DNA from: Selaginella moellendorffii
Lineage: Eukaryota; Plantae; Lycopodiophyta
DNA: 64,000 nucleotides
Assembly: GCF_000143415.4 (NCBI RefSeq)
Contig: NW_003314262.1
Span: forward strand, 3,978,021 to 4,042,020
Direction: 5' to 3'
The notes beneath the pieces were generated by a model. It did not search any database and had not been told where the DNA came from. It saw only the letters and a program-made list of their open reading frames with translations. Of the stretch, positions 38,990-50,607 are shown one piece after another. The stretch's first letter is position 1, and every line of letters starts with the position of its first letter. A program made the position numbers and the translations under genes.

Positions 38990-41900
38990 GATGGAATCTC
39001 TAAGCCATCTTAATTTCTTTGCCGAAGTCCTTGCATAAATCCAGTCTAAGAATACTGAGCTGAAGGTGACCCTTCTTCACATGCAACAGGAATTTGCTTC
39101 ACTTTCAGCTCAAGGATCAAGCAAAGTTCCTGAACTAAAGGTGAGTTTCCTGGTGAAGTTTTCAAGCAAGCGTTCAGAGCTTCGCAGATTCCTGAACCAG
39201 ATGGAGCTGATCTTCGCACTTCAACATCGGCAGTACCCCACTCCCGAGTCTCAAATTGGCGCGATCGGGATGTTGCTCGAAGGTGCAGCTTTGTCATGGT
39301 TTTCTCCTCTCCTAGAGAAGAGCATGAAAGGGGTTGTGGTTCCGAACCTGATAGATCTTTAGTTGTTCAAAGAGAAGCTCAAAGCATGTTTTGGCGAGAC
39401 GGATCAGGTTTGGGCTGCCACCACAAAGATGAGACGTCTCTATCAGGGGTCTCATCCTGCCTCGATCTATGCTATGGAGTTCCAACTCCTTGCCTTGGAC
39501 ACTTAGTAGGATGAGCGGACCCTGATTGATCAATTTCATTTCGGCCTCAACAATAGTATCAAAGGATTTATTGCTCACCATGGAGGATCCCATGGACTTG
39601 TCAGATGCCATTAACAAAGCTGTTCGATGTGACAATCGTCTCTTTGAACATCATTAGGAAAGTTGCCACACCGCCGTTTTTCCATCCCAAACTCAGGAAT
39701 CCCAGCTTGAGTCTTCAAGGCATACTCCTGAACCTACTGCTCCAGTCCCGATGGATATTTCCGGTACTCCCCGACTCATCAGAGGGAAGTTGAGACCTGC
39801 TGAGAAGCAATATTGAATATCTCATAATTTTTGCATCTACTATGCTGATCCTAATCACAAAGTAGCTGTGTGTCCCAAGAAGCCTCCCTGACTGCTCAAG
39901 TTCACTCTGCTTCAAATTCCACCTCTGTTGCAGTCGGGAAACGACCCTGTCCAAATAGAGTAGGAGCTGTCTATTTGGACTCTCCGAATAAAAATCACTT
40001 TTCTTCTTTCTCAAGCTCCTCACCACCTTTCATCAAAGCCACCACCAATTCCTGCAACTTCTGCATCCCATGTCTCCTTTCTTTCACCGGACAATTAGGA
40101 CTCAAGGCTCTGGCACTACTGGACTCAAGTACAACTTCCTGCTTCATGGACACAGACTTTGTTGCTCGACATCACATTCCTCGTTTTCCTACCATATGGG
40201 ATCTGAGGGTTAAAGGCATCGGTGGGCATTTTGTGTCTCCATCTTCTGGACTTAGGGAAATGTTGCCTGTTCAAGTACACATCGGGTCCACCGTCACCGA
40301 TATTGCCTTCAACATCATCAACAACAAGTCCTCCTCTGTGGTGCTTGGCCTTCCTTGGTTCCAACTACACTAGCCTCAGATCTGGTGGAAGGAATTATAG
40401 CTCGTCTCTCCCACGTCACTATCTCCCATGGCTTCCCTTGCTGTTCATCAAGTTTGAATCAGGAATAGTTCCCTAAACTCAACTCGGGGTTCTATTCCTA
40501 ACTCTACGAAGTTTTCATCCTCTTATTTTCCCTCTCTTCCATCTTACACTGGATAGTATCCTCATCTCATCATTCCATTCAGTTGTATGCCTCCTTCTAT
40601 CTCCACAATCACTATGAAATAATTCCTTCATGAAGAACCTATTTTCCTTTTTGCTTTACATGTTTCTCTTGTTAGCTTTCCTAAGAAATATCATGATTTT
40701 GGGGATGTGTTTGACAAGAAAAAAGTTAGTGTATTGCCTGTTCATCGGCCTTATGACTATCCCATTGATTTACAAGAAGGAGCGTCACCTCCGTGGGGGC
40801 CTATCTATGGGTTATCCCTGTTTGAGCTTAAGGCCCTTAAAGAATACGTGGATGAGAACCTTGCCTCGGGGTACATTCAGCATTCACTGTCCTTGGCTGA
40901 AGCACCTATCTTCTTTGTCAAGAAGAAGGATGGGAGTTTGCGGCTAGTCATTGACTACTGAGGTTTGAACAAGGTGACTATTCGGAACCATTATCCGCTG
41001 CCCCTAATCTCGAACCTATTGGAATGCCTCGGCGGTGCCCGCTTCTTCACCAAGATCGACCTTCGTAGAGCATACAATCTGATTGTGATCCAGCCTGGCG
41101 ATGAATGGAAGACTACATTCCAAACCCGTTATGGCCACTTTGAGTATACTGTCATGCCATTTGGCTTGACAAATGCTGGAGCAATTTTCCAACACATAGT
41201 GAATGATGTCTTTCGAGAGTTATGGTGATTGTCTACCTTGACGACATCCTCATCTACTCAAAAACTCAGGAGGAGCACGACGAGCATGTGCACAAGGTGC
41301 TATCAGGAGTCTGTGGAGTTCTTTGGGTACATTGTTACTCCTGAGGGCATTACGATGGATCCTACCAAAGTCAAGACTATTCTTGAATGGGAGCCTTCAC
41401 AATCAATGTCGGACATTCAGGTTTTTCTTGGCTTCGCCAACTTCTACTACAAATTCATTGATCACTACTTTAACATTGTCTTTCCTCTCATTGTAGCGCA
41501 TGTGATTATAGGATGAGATTTGGATATTAAGTACACAATGGAAGGATTGATAGATTGTGTGCGGAAATGGAGGTGTTGGTTTCCCTTGGCTCAATAGGCG
41601 TTGTTAGTTCAATAGTCAATGAAGACATTGACATCTCTGAAGGGGGGGTGACTATAGCGCATGTGATCATGGGATGAGATTTTGATAATTGTCACCGTGG
41701 ATCCTTGAAACCTTGAGGTATAAATGGGGATAAAATAGCTATGTGATCATGGGATGAGATTTAGATATATTGTCACCGTGGATCCTTGAAACCTTGAGGT
41801 ATAAATGGGGATAAAAATAGCTACTAAGGGCTTTTTCATCAAGCAATTGCCCCTTTTCCAGTTGGCTTAAGGAGAGAGAGATAGAGTGTGCTACACTCAC

Positions 41901-44042
41901 GCATCTCACTTGCAAGGATGTTCCCTTCTCTTGGTTTACTACTACCTAGTAGGCCTTAAAATACACTTAAGGCAGCCTTTAATTCTGCTCCCGTCTTGAT
42001 CCACGCTAATCCTTCACAACCTTTCTTCATTGAGGCAGATTCCTCTGACTTTGCCATTGGTGCTGTGCTGTCTGAACTCGGAGCGGATCAGGAATTTCAT
42101 CCGGTTGCTTTTCATTCTCGGAAATTCTAGTCTATAGAGATCAATTACGAAATCCACGACAAGGAGCTCCTTGCCATCGTGGATTCCTTTGGAGAGTGGT
42201 GTCGTTTCTTGGAAGGGGCAAGCCATCAAACAATGGTCTGGATGGATCACAAAAATCTCAAGTACTTTGCCACTTCCCAAGTTTTGAGCTGTCATCAGGC
42301 AAGGTGGGCACAATTCCTAAGTTGGTTTGACTTTGTTATCAAGTATAGACCTAGAAAGCTTCAAGGCCTTCCTGATGTTCTTTCAAGGCGCTCCTATCTC
42401 AGTCTCAAGTCTGGTAATCCTACCTTCAATCAACAGGATCAAGTTATCCTCAGTCCTAATCAGCTTCAAGTTATGGCAATTTCCCTAGCCCCTCAGAACT
42501 CTTCCTTGATGGATGCAATCAGAAATGATCTTCAATTTGACGACCTCACCAGCGACACTTTTCCCCATCTTCAGGTTGGACACCCAGTGACTCCCGACTG
42601 TTGGCGATTTGACGAGTTCAAGTTCTTAGATGGCTTGTTGTACCATGGGGAGTAGCTTTACGTTCCTGAAGGTGATGCTCAAAAATTGGTCCTGCTGGTG
42701 TGCCATGATAGCCCAACTGCTGGTCATTTCGCCATTGCAAAAACCTATGAGCTGGTTGCACGGGACTTTTGGTGGCCCCACATGGACAACTACATCAAAG
42801 CTTTTGTTACCTCCTGTGACACTTGCACCCAAAATAAAGTACCTCGCCATCTTCCTTTAGGTTTGCTTCGTTCCCTCCTAGTCCCTTCAGGTTCTTGGGA
42901 ATCCATCTCCATGGATTTCTTGAGTGATCTTTCGAGTTTTGGAGGTTTCAATAGCATTTTAGTCGTGGTGGATCGCTTCACAAAGATGGTGCACTCCTGC
43001 CATGTACCAAGGAGTTTTCGAGCGAGGACATGGCAAAACTGGTATTTAGAGAAATTTTCTAACTTCATTGGATTCCTACAGATGTGGTTTTGGATCAGGG
43101 ACCTCAGTTCATCTCTCATTTCTGGCAACGGTTCTTGCAGCTGCTTGGAGTGAGGCCAACCTCTCTTCGGCAAACTGTTAGACAGTTCGAGTGAACAATT
43201 TAGATGTTGGAACAATTCCTGAGGTGCTTCATCAACTATCAGGATGACTGGTTTGATATCCTTCCCTTTGCTGAGTTCTCCTATAACAACTCTGTTTACT
43301 CCTCCTTTCGACTTTCCCCCTTCTTTGCAAACTCTAGCCGAAATCCCCGACTCAATCTCTCACTTCCTTCTCCATCCGCATCCTCTCGTTCAAATCCCCG
43401 CTCTAAGGCATTTGTCTCCAACCTCTAGGAAATCCACAACTCCATCTCCTTCACCTGTATCGTGCTCAAGAATCTTGCAAAACATTTGCTAATGTCCATC
43501 ATCAAGATTGTCCCCCTTACAAAATCGGGGATAAAGTCTGGCTTCTCAGGCGAAATATCTCCACCACCAAGCTATGTCCCAAACTTGATTTTAAATGCCT
43601 CGATCCTTTCCCTATCACTACCATCATTAATCTTGTCACTTATCACCTTGCACTTCCCTCCTTATATCAAATTCACCCTGTTTTTCACTCCTACTTCCTT
43701 GAGCCTTATATTCCCAGTCCTATTCCAAATTGGGTCATTCCTCTGCCTCCACTAGTGCAGCTCGAGGATGGGCTTGAGTACGAGGTCCAGAACATCTTTG
43801 ATTCCAAGATCTCACAGTCTAAACCCTACTATCTGGTAGACTGGAAGGGTTACGGACTTGAGGAACGCACTTGGGAATCTACGGACAACCTGATTCATTC
43901 TTCTGACCTTGTTCAGGACTTTCACCGCCGCTATCCTTCTTGTCCTAGTCCTCATTCTTTTCATTCTCTATCTCCTGTCCCTCGTTGCCCATCTCATCCT
44001 CCTCTTTGTTCTCATTTACATCCTCATTCCACTCGTTCTTGA
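38990..44042 (+). pseudogene. gag-pol of the Tcn1-like element
   Basis: Gag FLNQMELIF...LLEGAALSWF; protease ALLDS; RT IDLQEGASPPWGPIY, VYLDDILIYS; RNaseH DKELLAIV; integrase HDSPTAGH...CDTC, SISMDF; chromodomain EYEVQNIFDSK...YLVDWKGY. Confidence 0.92.
41492..41895 (+). mobile_element. Rearranged TRIM family W inserted in pol
   Basis: tgtagcgca...gctaca, PPT tgaagggggggtgac, TSD ctcat/ctcac. Removal restores VFPLTHLTCKDVPFSW. Confidence 0.85.
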
Positions 44043-44182
44043 GGAGGGGGTGCTATCAAGAATCCCCCAATTCTTGCCACATTCCTGACTCACCAGATCC
44101 CTAACCTGCATACCACATTCCTGACTCTCGAGACACTTCCCTATTCCTGACTCTTTGATTTCCCGTACGATTCCTGAGTCTC

Positions 44183-44856
44183 TGTAGTGCACCTTATCTC
44201 TTTCCCCTTAAGCCAACTGGAAAAGGGGCAATTGCTTGATGAGAGAGCCTTTAGTGGCTATTTTATCCCCATTTATCTCCCAAGGTTCCAAGGATCCACG
44301 GTGACAGTATATCCAAATCTCATCCCATGATCACATGCGCTACACTCACCCCCCCTTCAGAGATGTCAATGTCCTTATTGACTATTGACTAACAACCCCT
44401 ACTGAGCCAAGGGGAACCAGTACCTCCATTTCCGCACTCAATCTACCAATCCTTCCATTGTGTAGACTAGCTATTCCATGTGATACAACTAGTCATCCAC
44501 CCGTACCGCAGTCCCACTGTGGATACCTTCGTCCGTGGATACTCCACACAAGAGGAAGGATGTACGCATGGATGCCCAATACGTACGATTTCAAATTTAG
44601 GGGTAGAAATATACCTTGCTCAAGGGTATATTATACTTTTAAGTAGCCACTAATCAATGGGAATCGAACCCGTGCCATTTGCTCCGATACCAACTGTAGT
44701 GCACCTTATCTCTCTCCCCTTAAGCCAACTGGAAAAGGGGCAATTGCTTGATGAGAGAGCCCTTAGTAGCTATTTTATCCCCATTTATCTCCCAAGGTTT
44801 CAAGGATCCACGGTGACAGTATATCCAAATCTCATCCCATGATCACATGCGCTACA
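44183..44856 (-). mobile_element. Intact TRIM family W (LTRs 44183-44344 and 44695-44856) inserted in the 3' LTR
   Basis: Near-identical 162-bp LTRs, tRNA-iMet PBS (gctccgatacca at 44681-44692), PPT and exact TSD gtctc. Confidence 0.95.
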
Positions 44857-47304
44857 GTCTCGAACCACATTCCTGATAATGACGTGGTGCCTCTTCAATC
44901 TCAGTTATGCTTAGGCCATCCTCGATCCAAGAGTGGTGGAGCTTCATCAACCTATAGTATATATAGGTTAGCCTTGTTCCATTTCTCCACAATCTAAATC
45001 AACATTAGTTTAAGGTCTCTTCCTCGTTTCCACTAGCTTTTCTTTTTATCTTTTGCATTTTCCAGTCCTAATATTGTTGGTGGTCTTGACACTCATATCC
45101 TCGTGTTATGCCATCAGTATGCTAAAATAACATCAGATTCCATTTGGCTCTGTTTTGTGTGCTAGTACTAGCATTGGGATATTGGATGCTCTAAAACTAT
45201 TCTTATATCACTTTGTGTTACTGTCTTTTTGCTCTTTGGGCTGAACGCTTGGGAGTCATTCCATAGTTTGATTTCTTCATTCCTCGGCTATATATTTAGG
45301 AGTTTAGCTCTATCTCTTTGTTCAATGGCCGAAAGCTCTAAAACTTGAGTTCCACTTCACTACCTTTTGACATATGGCTAAAGGTTTAAATTCCACTCCA
45401 TGGTTATCTTATAGTAAATCACCACAGGATAAAAAGTGAAAGCCACATATGTTACATTGGGTATCATAGAAAGAGTCTTAGTAAATACTATTTAATAAGA
45501 TTGGGCAACTAGTCTCATTGCATATGCAGAGATGAAAACAGTTATCTGAATGGGTACACATTTGGGTGTTATGACTTTGCATTTGTTCATTGAGTAGGGA
45601 TTTTAATTTCCTTTTTGTACTAGATTATATTAGCTTTTGCTTGGGGTTATAAGATGGATGTGAGATGTTTCAATTGCATGAGTTTTCACTTGGGCTTGTA
45701 AATAAGGTGCATTAGCAACTTAAGGTTATACTTTGAGTTAGCAAGATTAATATTAGTCTATTGGTGGTTACTATGAATTGTGTGAGTAAAAGTAAACCTC
45801 CTCTATGTTTGCTATAAGTGGCAAATAAATTTGTTCATAGCTATTTAGTATGGCACTAATGGATCCTTCTTAGGCATAATTATAAGTGGATTAATCAAAA
45901 CTATAGGGATTAGTCTATTGGTTCAAGTAATTATTACTATGCTTTCTCATAAACTTTTCTTAGATTGGACTAAAAGCATACAAATCATTTTCTCTTCTTG
46001 AAGAGATGATTTGCAATGCTCTTTAAATAATATAGAGTTAGATTAATTTTGAGTTTGATTGGAAAAAGAGTGGCATAAGCTATAAAAGTTAGCAGTGTTA
46101 GGTGTTGTAAATTTTTATTAGTGAGGTGTGGCATTTATATTGCATTTTATCGAATAGAGTTGATATTTGATATTCACATAAATCTTTGTAATAATGATAT
46201 AGGTGTTGTTCATGATATTGCTCGATTGATGATATTGTGATATTTATATCATATCTATGTGATCATGAGTAATGTGTTTATGAAGTAGTTTGATCAAATG
46301 ATGATCAACCCTAAAGTGGTTGATAATGATGTTGCCTACTTGTATGTAGTAATATTGTAGTAACTTTAACTAGATTCTCAAGAGTGATTCATTATATACT
46401 AAGCTAATGTTAATACCTTGGTTCCTTAAGGGTTTGCCCATTGAAGTTTTAGAAAAGGGTTAAAGCATTCATTTGCTATAACTTATTGGTTAATTCGTTA
46501 ACACTTGGAGTAAGTTGTTGGATAGAGAAAGTGTATAGTTGAAGTATTGACATTACTAACATTTATGTTAGTGGAAGTAACATTGGTTTGTCGAGTGATG
46601 AAGAATTGCCCTTGGAACTTAATTTTCATGTTATTTTCTTTTTTAGTGTTTTGGTTTCACATTTGATCTTGAAGGTGATTGAAGAAGAGTGTTATGACAA
46701 TATTGATATGGGAAAATATGGTCTTTATGATCCAATTTTGGATGTTCAGTTTGCATTTTTGCAAATATTGGTCTTGAATATTGGATATATAGGCATGATG
46801 TTTAATGCTTAAGCATGTTGTTATTTTATAAGAATTTATATTGAAGTGAACTTATATAAAATTTTAGGTAAGAGGAAGTTGGTTGAGTCTTGAGAATTTG
46901 TATTCCTAACTAAAATTCATTCATTCTATAATGGAAAATTTTTCTTCAATTTTTTAAAAACTTTTCTAATGGTTAATCTATTAATCATTTTACTCAAAAA
47001 CCATTTCATTTGCATGAGCCATTACTAGTGAAACGGTTAGAATTGACTTTGGTTGGATTAAACCTTAGTAAGTAATTTATATGATGCGGCTTAAAAGGGA
47101 TGTTGACTTTTGGGGTTAATGCAATTGAGTTAAATAAAGTCTGGAATTGGTATAGAAAAGTGGCTGTTGTGCTTTTCTAAAAAGATGATTCTTGTGCCTT
47201 TCTTTAATGGCAGATTGCATCTTATATTTTGTTAAATTTTATGAGAGTAGTGAACTTTCACTAATCTTGACTTTAATATTGGTGACTTTACTCTTTGGCT
47301 AAAG

Positions 47305-47896
47305 TGTAAGCAACCAAAGGAACGACTCGAGAGACGATCCATGGGGTTCAAATATAGAGGGAAAGGGCCCATGAACAAGAGTGCACCCCTTTTTCCAATT
47401 GGTTAAAGGTCTTGGGATAGTTGGAGTTAATCGTCCTTGGGTTTGAATAGTATTAGGTTGGGTGACCTCCCGGGAAGTCCAAACTTAGGAGCTTACATTT
47501 GGTATCAGAGCGGTCTCAGGTCCGACTCTGTTGGTTGGCTAAGGGAATCACACCACATGTTGATTGACATCTGGCTGGTCCAGTTTGCTCCCGCTGGGCT
47601 CGACTCGAGGGGTAGGTGTCAAGAGAGCAGGGCTCTCGGGAGAGCTGCAACTCTCAGCTTCCGTTCACGAGGGCGTGAACTTGCAGGGAAGCGTGGTGGA
47701 TTGTAAGCAACCAAAGGGAACGACTCAAGAGACAATCTGTTGGGGTTCAAATATAGAGGGAAAGGGCCCATGAATAAGAGTGCACCCCTTTTTCCAATTG
47801 GTTAAGGGTCTTGGGATATTTGGGGTTAAGCGTCCTTGAGTTTGAATAGTACTGGGTTGAGTGACCTCCCGGGAAATCCAAACTCAGGAGCTTACA
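47305..47896 (+). mobile_element. Cassandra TRIM (LTRs 47305-47497 and 47702-47896); right inversion breakpoint
   Basis: PBS tggtatcagagc at 47500-47511, 5S-like LTR block, flanks taaag/gcgag. Confidence 0.95.
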
Positions 47897-47901
47897 GCGA
47901 G

Positions 47902-50388
47902 GGGACCTTTAGATGTCAACAAACTTATCTTGGCCTGCCAAAAGATCAATACGTAAGTTTTATAATTTTACCTCTAACTCCACTTTAACTTGTTTTGTTG
48001 TGTTTAAATGTAGGCTTGGGCAATTCGCTGTTCAAAAACAAAACCTTGTCCATGATATCGAGCAACTTTGATTTTTGGCAGACTTGAGTGAGGATGACAT
48101 CCGCCAACATTATGGTGATGATCTCGCAACACTTGTTCAGCACTCATGCACTCGAAATGACGGTACAACTTGGTTCAACAACCCAATCAGTTTTATGCTC
48201 ACTGTGTGGTATAAGGTATGTCTTTCCCTTTTATTTTATAAAAGCCTCTTTTAATTGTTTTGGTTTTTATCCTTTGGTGAAGGTCAAGTAGGATGCTTAT
48301 GAACTTGTATATCCGGAAAAGAGTCGGGAAGAGCTCTCAGCTGAGTTTGTACAAATTGAGCACAAAATTTAGCATGCAAAGTCCTCAAAGTTGAAGAAAC
48401 TAGTATGCATTGCAGACAATCGCAGGCCGAAGGAGTGGCTAGAGACTATAGCCGAAATTTCTTCTCATGAATGTAAGTTTCTTATCACACTTCATTTTTC
48501 TTAATTATGCATATGTTACTTTTGTAGTGAACAAAACTCTAGATGACATGATTTACAATATCGCAAAATCGAAGCTTCCATATAAGCAACAGATAGAGAC
48601 TCTGGAGTTCCTCAATGTCTGCTTGATGAACAGAGAGAAAGGACTGCCAGAACTATTTTGAACATGATGAGAAGGGTTGTTTACATTACTCAAACTATAA
48701 GTGAAGGTGAGAAGTTCTTGGCACCACACATTGGTGACGATCCAAATGGCACATTCATGTCTTTCGACACCTACATCAACACGTCATTGGAAGGGATCAA
48801 AGAGGGGTGGTTGCCAGAGAAGTCTACAAGCACAACAACTTATGATTGCCAATATGGTCAACCTTATTTCATGCGACATGCAGCTTATAGGTATAATATG
48901 ATTTCTAAGACTGTTTTTTTAATATATATTGTTTACAGGTATCTTCGATACAGAGGCATCCCATTTGAGGCACCAGTTTGCACTCGACTTGTTGCAAAGG
49001 GTGTAAGGGATGGAGGAATGTACCCAACAATGTTTGCAAGAGATCCGAAGGCACGGAAAATAGAATGCCCTTGGGAGTTGGAGCTCCTAGGGGAGGAGAC
49101 CTCTACACTAGATCGCGAGGAAATTATCAATGCTAGCAATGATGGCAATGCAAGTGACGATGGAGACGAGGATGAGGAAGCTCCAGATCAAGTTCGTGTT
49201 CCACCATCAGACAGTCAGGAACAGGCTCCAATTCAACCATCAAACAACCAAGATCTGGATCAAGTTCTACCAGTAAATAACGATGATCAAGTGGTTCACA
49301 GAATATCACGTTGATCTCGAGGTAAGCAAAAGTGAATTTTACAAACTAAAGGTGGTAATACATGTTTTTTGCAGTAATGACTGTTGGTAGTAATTTCATT
49401 CCAGCTTGACGAGATGCTTGTGAAGAGGAGTTGGAGGAACTCTCATCAACAACATGCCATATAACAGTATCATACTATTTATTACTTTTTTCATTCACTT
49501 AGCTCTTTTATAGGTCTGTCCTGTGTCCCCAATAACACAACGAGGCATTTTGGGTATCTTCATTGGCTCTTACAGTAGATTATTGACATCTTTCATGGAA
49601 GACGACATCAACATAGATATACGCCACCAGTTCAACTGTTGGTGCCGAAAGATACAAAGGCCTGTGCTCCCAGTTGCGGACTTCATTCTCTTCGACTTTC
49701 CAGATGGTCCTTCAGATATTGATGGGAAAGTTGAGGATTAGAACTTTCTCACACCTGACCACTTGCGCGATGCATTCCTATTGTCTGAAGCACTTATGCT
49801 CAAAGCTAGCCATGTCATCTTCATCCTACCGAATGACCCCAACTGGATGTATGAGCTTATGACGTGCACAGTAGAAGTTCATTTCAAGTCATTCTCTTCC
49901 GGGTGCATCATGGATCCTATTGGCATTGATACGAAGGGCGTCCAAGGGAAGCCTGAAAAGGTGAGTATGTATTTTATATTTTTATCTAATTTCTAAACAT
50001 TTTTATTTTCCAGGTTATGATGTGGACCTATCATGCCTTCTACAGAAACACACATGATGGGTTTTGTGATAGCGAACGTGCAACACGTGTTTTGCTTGGG
50101 TACGACAGTTCCACTAACATCATACCCAACCTTGTGGATGAGCAGATCCGCAACACGTTTCCAGGGTACCGATTCCGAACTCTATCGGCAATGCAAGTCT
50201 TGCTTGAGCTCTATTGCCCATTAGATGGTGTTGTGTTTGATTGCACAGCAGGTAGTGGTTCTATGGTGGAGGCAGCACGTGACTCTAGTAGATCAATGTT
50301 TGCTATTGAAGAACATCATTTCTTCAAATGCCAGCTCAAGCTCTATTTCGTTAAAGTGGGAATTATCATTATCCCACTTGTAAAATAA
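47902..50388 (+). pseudogene. 3' half of ParB-like / beta-class DNA amino-methyltransferase-like gene 1
   Basis: Multi-exon with several nonsense codons. VADFILFDFPDG (motif IV-like, cf. DLIxxDPPY) precedes LLELYCPLDGVVFDCTAGSGSMVEAARDSSRSMFAIE (motifs X-I-II of the N6_N4 MTase type). This order is beta class. Confidence 0.75.
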
Positions 50389-50607
50389 AGTTTCCAAACC
50401 TTTATATAGTATATAAATATAACAAAATTCAACTGCATTGAGGCACATGCCATTTTATTTTAAACAAGGAAATGTCTACTCAATCACTTCTCCTCCCCCT
50501 GCCACTGCTTCACCTCTCTCTTCTCCTTGTCATTGTCGTCTTTCCATCCTTTTAATATTGGCTCAGTTGCTCCGAGTCTAGGTGGAGCCCAAGTCCCCAT
50601 TCAATCT

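Larger units (their letters stand above)
38535..45091 (+). mobile_element. Full-length decayed Tcn1/Tf1-like gypsy chromovirus (LTRs 38535-38895 and 44054-45091)
   Basis: TSD ctcat (38530-38534/45092-45096). PPT gaggaggggg at 44041-44050. Self-complementary PBS. Confidence 0.92.
37817..45456 (+). mobile_element. Family V LTR split by the Tcn1-like element
   Basis: 37817-38534 and 45097-45456 join into a homologue of 21372-22331. Ends gttaca, followed by a degenerate PBS (tgggtatcatag). Confidence 0.65.

Noticed and set aside
44655-44692. tRNA gene or SINE (GGTTCGATTCC B-box on the minus strand)
   Set aside because: Adjacent to the PBS, with no A-box or cloverleaf. More likely extended primer-tRNA complementarity.
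50434-50453. Extra palindrome copy (gcattgaggcacatgccat) after gene 1
   Set aside because: Half-site match with an indel, so it could be chance. If real, it would tie both modules into one element.
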